The notes beneath the pieces are model-generated. The model was not told the origin of the DNA. It saw only the letters and a list, made by a program, of their open reading frames with translations, and ran no database searches. Below, in pieces: positions 59,241 to 64,000 of a stretch of DNA of 64,000 nt. The position numbers and the translations under genes were made by a program. Source of the stretch: the human T2T-CHM13v2.0 reference genome, Homo sapiens; NCBI RefSeq assembly GCF_009914755.1, contig NC_060925.1; one strand, 5' to 3'. Positions within the stretch are counted from its first letter, which is position 1, and each line of letters begins with the position of its first letter.

Positions 59241-59709
59241 CTGTATGTGTTTTTGCTCATTTAGTCTCCACAACAATCTCGGGTAAGCATTGTTTTCCCC
59301 ATTGGTCAGATGGGAAACTGAGGCACGGAGTGTTCCATAGATTTCCCAGTGTCCCACCTTAGTGAGTGGCAGCTAGGACCTCAGCCTCAGCAGACTGGCT
59401 CTCTGTGGAGTCTGGGCTCGAACCCACTGGGCCATTACAGCCTTGGCCCTAAAGCTGGCTGGTCACACCCAGCTGTTTACAGTAAAATTTCCTGAAGCCA
59501 GATGTCCCCAAGGCGAAAAAGACCTCCTCATTATTAAGTACTGCACGGTTGGAAGCTGGATCCACCCCCTCTGCCTGGAAGAATATTGCTCTGTAAATTA
59601 TAGGCTTAAAGGGTAAAGACAGCCCCATCAGCCCCGTGAGCTCCTGACTTAAAACAAGGTAATAATTTAGGGACTTAGAAAGGTCTGGTTCGGTGAGTAC
59701 TTATAATAG

Positions 59710-60126
<417 letters not shown>

Positions 60127-60529
60127 TGATTCAGGCCCGGCCACTAATACAGCACATTAGCGGCGGTGCCTGGCAGCAGCTGGGTGTGCCAGCCTTCCTC
60201 CCCTTCTAACCAAGGTTGGAGCTGAAAGACCTGGTGGGGCTGACTGTCTGTCACCCAGGCTCTGCCACATACACCAGGCTGTGTGACGTGGGGCCAACTC
60301 CTTACCCTGTCTGAGCCTCGGTAGAGTCGGAGCGGATGTTCTCTGAGGTCTTTTCCCGGCTCTGAAGTGGTAGGTTGGGTGAGGAATGGAGGTGTGGGCT
60401 GGGTGGACAAACCAGGAGGGGTCCCTGTTCTTCCATGTCCCACCTCAAGTCCTAGATAAGGAAGAAAAAGAATGGACACCCTCCTATCACCATGACGCCA
60501 CATGGCCGTCGACAGCCACCACCACTCCA

Positions 60530-60725
60530 CACACTCACAGGGACCCGCCTGCCTGCGCCCCAGGCGCGGCCCGGGACCTCCCAGTGGGGGTCCGCCTCGA
60601 GCCTTGTGGTTTGGATTTCATGGGAAATTCCTGGGTGGGAACCAATCAGGATGGAGAGGGGAAAGCATCTCTGCTGAGACCTCCCGATTGATTGGCTGGC
60701 CTCAGGGAACTGCTCCGCCCCCACT
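60530..60725. promoter_or_regulatory. Candidate promoter/enhancer module (CpG patch, NF-kB site, two CCAAT boxes, GC box)
   Basis: GGGAAATTCC 60622-60631; aaCCAATcagg 60642; tgATTGGctg 60691; CTCCGCCCC 60713-60721. Confidence 0.45.
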
Positions 60726-61198
60726 CCGTGAAGTTCTTGGAGGTGGGGGTGCTGCTGATCTTAGTGCCCTTAGGATCCTGCTGCCCCCACCTCACCCCCA
60801 ACCCCGCCTTCAGGGAAGTCTCAGGATCCTGGCTGGACCAATCCAGCCCTGCAGCCCTGGCCCATGATGAAAGGCCCGGGAGTAGACTCCAAACCTGAGA
60901 GGTGAAAATCAGAACCCTTTCCGACAGGGCTCAGAATTGCAGGTGGCGGTGAGCTGCCGCTTTTTTTTGGATCTTAAGCTGTACGACGAGTCCCAGAGCT
61001 GCAGGCTGCCCCATCCCACCCACAAGGAGATGCCTAGAGAACGGGGCCCAGCCAGAGTCGGATGCCTAGATGCGGGAGGGGGGCAAGGACAACTGATCTA
61101 TTCTCAGATCCAGTCGTCTCCAAGGCCACGTCCACCCCTGCTTTCTGAGGTTTGGTTGTGATGCACTAAGCACCACCACCCTACCATTCCCATTTCTC

Positions 61199-61570
61199 TG
61201 TGTCTTAGTTTGCTAGGGCTGCCATAATCAAGAGCCACAGGCCACGGTGCTTGCACAACAGACATGGACCCGCCTATGGTCCTGGAGGCTGGAAATCCAA
61301 CCTCAGGGTGCCAGCAGGGTTGGCTTCTTCTGAGGCCCCTCTCCTTGGCTTGCAAACGGCCATATTCTCCTTGTGGTCCATCCACGGTTGCCTCTCTATG
61401 TATGTGTGTGCCCAAATCGCCTCTTCTTATAAGGCAGTAGTCATGTTGGATTAGGGCCCACCCATCTGACCTCATTTGAACTTAATTACCTCTTTAAAGA
61501 TCTGATCTCCAAATACACCCTTAGGTACTCCACATCTGAATTTTGAGGATATGCAATTCAGCACGTAAGA
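61199..61570 (-). mobile_element. MLT1 (MaLR) solo LTR
   Basis: tgtcttagtttgctagggctgccataa...tcttcttataagg...ttggattagggcccaccc. Confidence 0.85.
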
Positions 61571-61852
61571 GTCTCACACACTACCCCCATCACCAGCTAA
61601 AGACAACTAGAATTGGATTCCACATGCTTGACTGGAGAAGATTCCCAGGTAAATGACCTACTGTCCACTGGCCTTGACACTGAGGTGACTCCCACCCTTT
61701 CTCCCAGCAACTACATACCACACACATGCACACACACAACTCTCGCCTGCATTTTAAGGACTCTATCTGCATTACACAGAACAACTTGGAAGCATGAAAG
61801 AATCCTAAATTCTTCTGTTTTTTTAATTGACCCAGTCTTGCTGCTAGAGATG

Positions 61853-62384
61853 AGTAACAAGTGCCCCCATTTTTCCCGGAAAAAGACAAGGAGTTACTAT
61901 TATTCTTTATTATTTTCTCTTCTTTTCTCCATTTCTCCCTGTTCTTCACTTCCTACTTAGCTCTTTAGAAATGCAGTTATAGCCTTTTACCTCCTCTTCC
62001 CCACACACTCCTTACAGGGCAAGTTCACCTAATCATGTGCTTAGAAGCTCCAAAGCAAAACTCTCACCCACCAGGAGGTTTCCTCGATAGATAACAGTTG
62101 ATTGATGACCCAAAGTATGCCCATGAAGATGCCAACTCGAGTCCCAGTAAATAAGCCATCAAGGTAGCATGTGAAACCCCCCTGCTCACTTCCACCCCTG
62201 TGTAGGCCCCTTTTAAAAACACTCCCCTTCTGCTCCAAAGGCAAGGTGGAACCCTTAAGGCAGGAAGCCTGTACTTCTTTCCCTATGTTAGCTTTGGAAT
62301 AAAAAGTCACTTTCTTTATACCAGACCTAGCTTGTTAATTAGACTCTGCAAGTGGCGAGGAACTGAATCTGCATTTTGGTTACA
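61853..62384 (+). mobile_element. ERV1-type solo LTR (family uncertain)
   Basis: ~530 bp; TATA-like ttttaaaa; AATAAA 62298-62303; ends ...ggttaca. Confidence 0.65.
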
Positions 62385-63634
62385 ATGTCGTCCCCTTGAG
62401 CCTGTGAGAGTTGCAGAGTCAGAAGCCAGGCTGCTTTTGTGGGCAAGTTATGGCTCTGTGTCTCCTCACTGCCATGCCACCATCTGGACACCCCAGGACC
62501 ATCGCCCCTCTTTTGGTTTCTTCACAGGGTTTCCACATGGCTCTTTTCTGGCCAGGTTCCTCTCCAGGACAACTCCGGTTCTAGCTCAGGATAGAGATCA
62601 ACCCAGCGCCAAGAGGATGGAGCCAACACCACCCTGACAGCACAGAGCCCTGGTACACTTGCTGCAAGATGCTCTTCCAGGAGCCTCTCAGAGATAGATG
62701 GGCATGCAACTGGCATCCCCAAACAACTGGAGCAAGTCTTATCAAAGTTGCTTCCATCATTTATTCACTCAACAAACACTTGCTGGGTGTGTGTGCCTTA
62801 TGCCAGCACTATGTGAAATAGATCTACTGACAAAACAGTCTCTGGCCTGAAATAATGCACACATACATATATATCATGTCAGCAGGTGCTGTGAAGAAAA
62901 GAAACACAAAGCAAGAGTGAAAGACTCCAGGAGACACGTGTTAGGTGGGCAGGTTCATTTGGTTTTGTGGTCACTTAACCCAACAAACTCCAGCATCGAG
63001 GTCACCAGAGGCTTCAGACTGGCTTGTTAAAAACGGCAACTTTGCCGACACCCTCTTGGTGACACAAGAGTGAAGGCCCTGGGGTGGAGTCCTCACTCAC
63101 AGGAAAGCCAGTCCATGTCACTGACATCAGTCTCCAAACCCAAGCAGAAAGTTCCTCTATGGCTGGGTTCCCCAAGACCACCCTGACTATTCCAACCACA
63201 TCCACAACCAGCTCTACTATTATTGGCATAATAGCTGCCTATTTTAAATCGGGCCAGACCTGACATCACTGCCTGTGTCTGTGTAACCACAGGCCTAAGA
63301 CGCTGGCTCTGTTTTCTAATACATAGATGTGGGTACGGATATGTGTGCCTCTATGTGCCAAGTATGCACATAAATATACAAATAAATATTCCTGCAAATG
63401 CTCACCTGCATGTCCCCCAAATCAGGTCACACTCCATGAGGGACATAAGTGCCACAGTTGGGAACCACTGCTTTATGGCACCCAACAGATTCCTCATGCA
63501 GCATCGGCCTGCAGTCTCCTGTGGCTGTGAGCTCACTGTACCATGAGTCTGCCTGTGCCCTTCTTAGTTCCAGTTGCTCATGGGGACTTTCTATCACTCT
63601 GCCTCCTGGTCCCTCTTCCACGTTGACCCTCTGT

Positions 63635-63933
63635 TATTTGTTTTGTTTTGGGGAGACAGAGTCTTGCTCTGTCACCCAGGCTGAAGTGCAGTGGCACGAT
63701 CTTGGCTCACTGCAACCTCTGCCTCCTGGGTTCAAGTGATTCTCATGCCTCAGCCCCCTGAGTAGCTGGGATGACAGGCATGAGCCACCACACCCGGCTA
63801 ATTTTTGTATTTTTAGTAGAGACAGGGTTTCGCCATGTTGGCCAGACTGGGCTCGAACTCCTGACTTCAGGTGATCTGCCCGCCTCGGCCTCCCAAAGTG
63901 CTGGGATTACAGGCGTGAGCCACCGCGCCTGGC
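63635..63933 (-). mobile_element. Alu (AluS-like)
   Basis: Full-length antisense Alu. Confidence 0.95.
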
Positions 63934-64000
63934 CTGTTATTTTTTTTAAGCAGCATAAATGCCTCCCTCCCAAAACATCTCCTTCCCCCAACCCCATTAC

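Overview
Primate (almost certainly human) genomic DNA containing the 3' half of KAZN (kazrin, periplakin-interacting protein) on the + strand. I reconstructed eight coding exons by hand from GT-AG boundaries and phase continuity. The first (1650-) is a composite exon. It either reads through to a stop at 1815-1817 (short kazrin A-type C-terminus ...DYYIEEDADW*, polyA signal 4149) or splices from an internal donor at 1773 across a 28.4-kb intron to seven exons. These encode three liprin-type SAM domains and end ...EVTNV* at 50713 (kazrin E-type, polyA signal 54101). The two ends differ by 354 codons, matching my recollection of 421-aa and 775-aa isoforms; exon numbers 8-15 are also from memory. 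The rest is intronic/intergenic and rich in Alu, L1, MIR/L2, MaLR/ERV1 LTRs and hAT MERs. An antisense lncRNA (TMEM51-AS1, from memory) probably overlaps the 3' end. Almost all ORFs in the supplied track are non-coding noise, and I see no prokaryote-type system or CRISPR array. The most unusual sequence-level observations: (1) a 215-bp templated copy of the last 212 nt of intron 8, stopping at the 3' splice site and inserted 2.3 kb downstream with a 13-bp target duplication and a fold-back filler; (2) a 43-bp-arm near-perfect hairpin formed inside an MSTA LTR; (3) a helically phased array of five perfect POU octamers; (4) a frameshifting SAM exon between a ~300-nt AG-free CU tract and a YCAY cluster; (5) a 78-nt L1-type micro-insertion with a probable 3' transduction.
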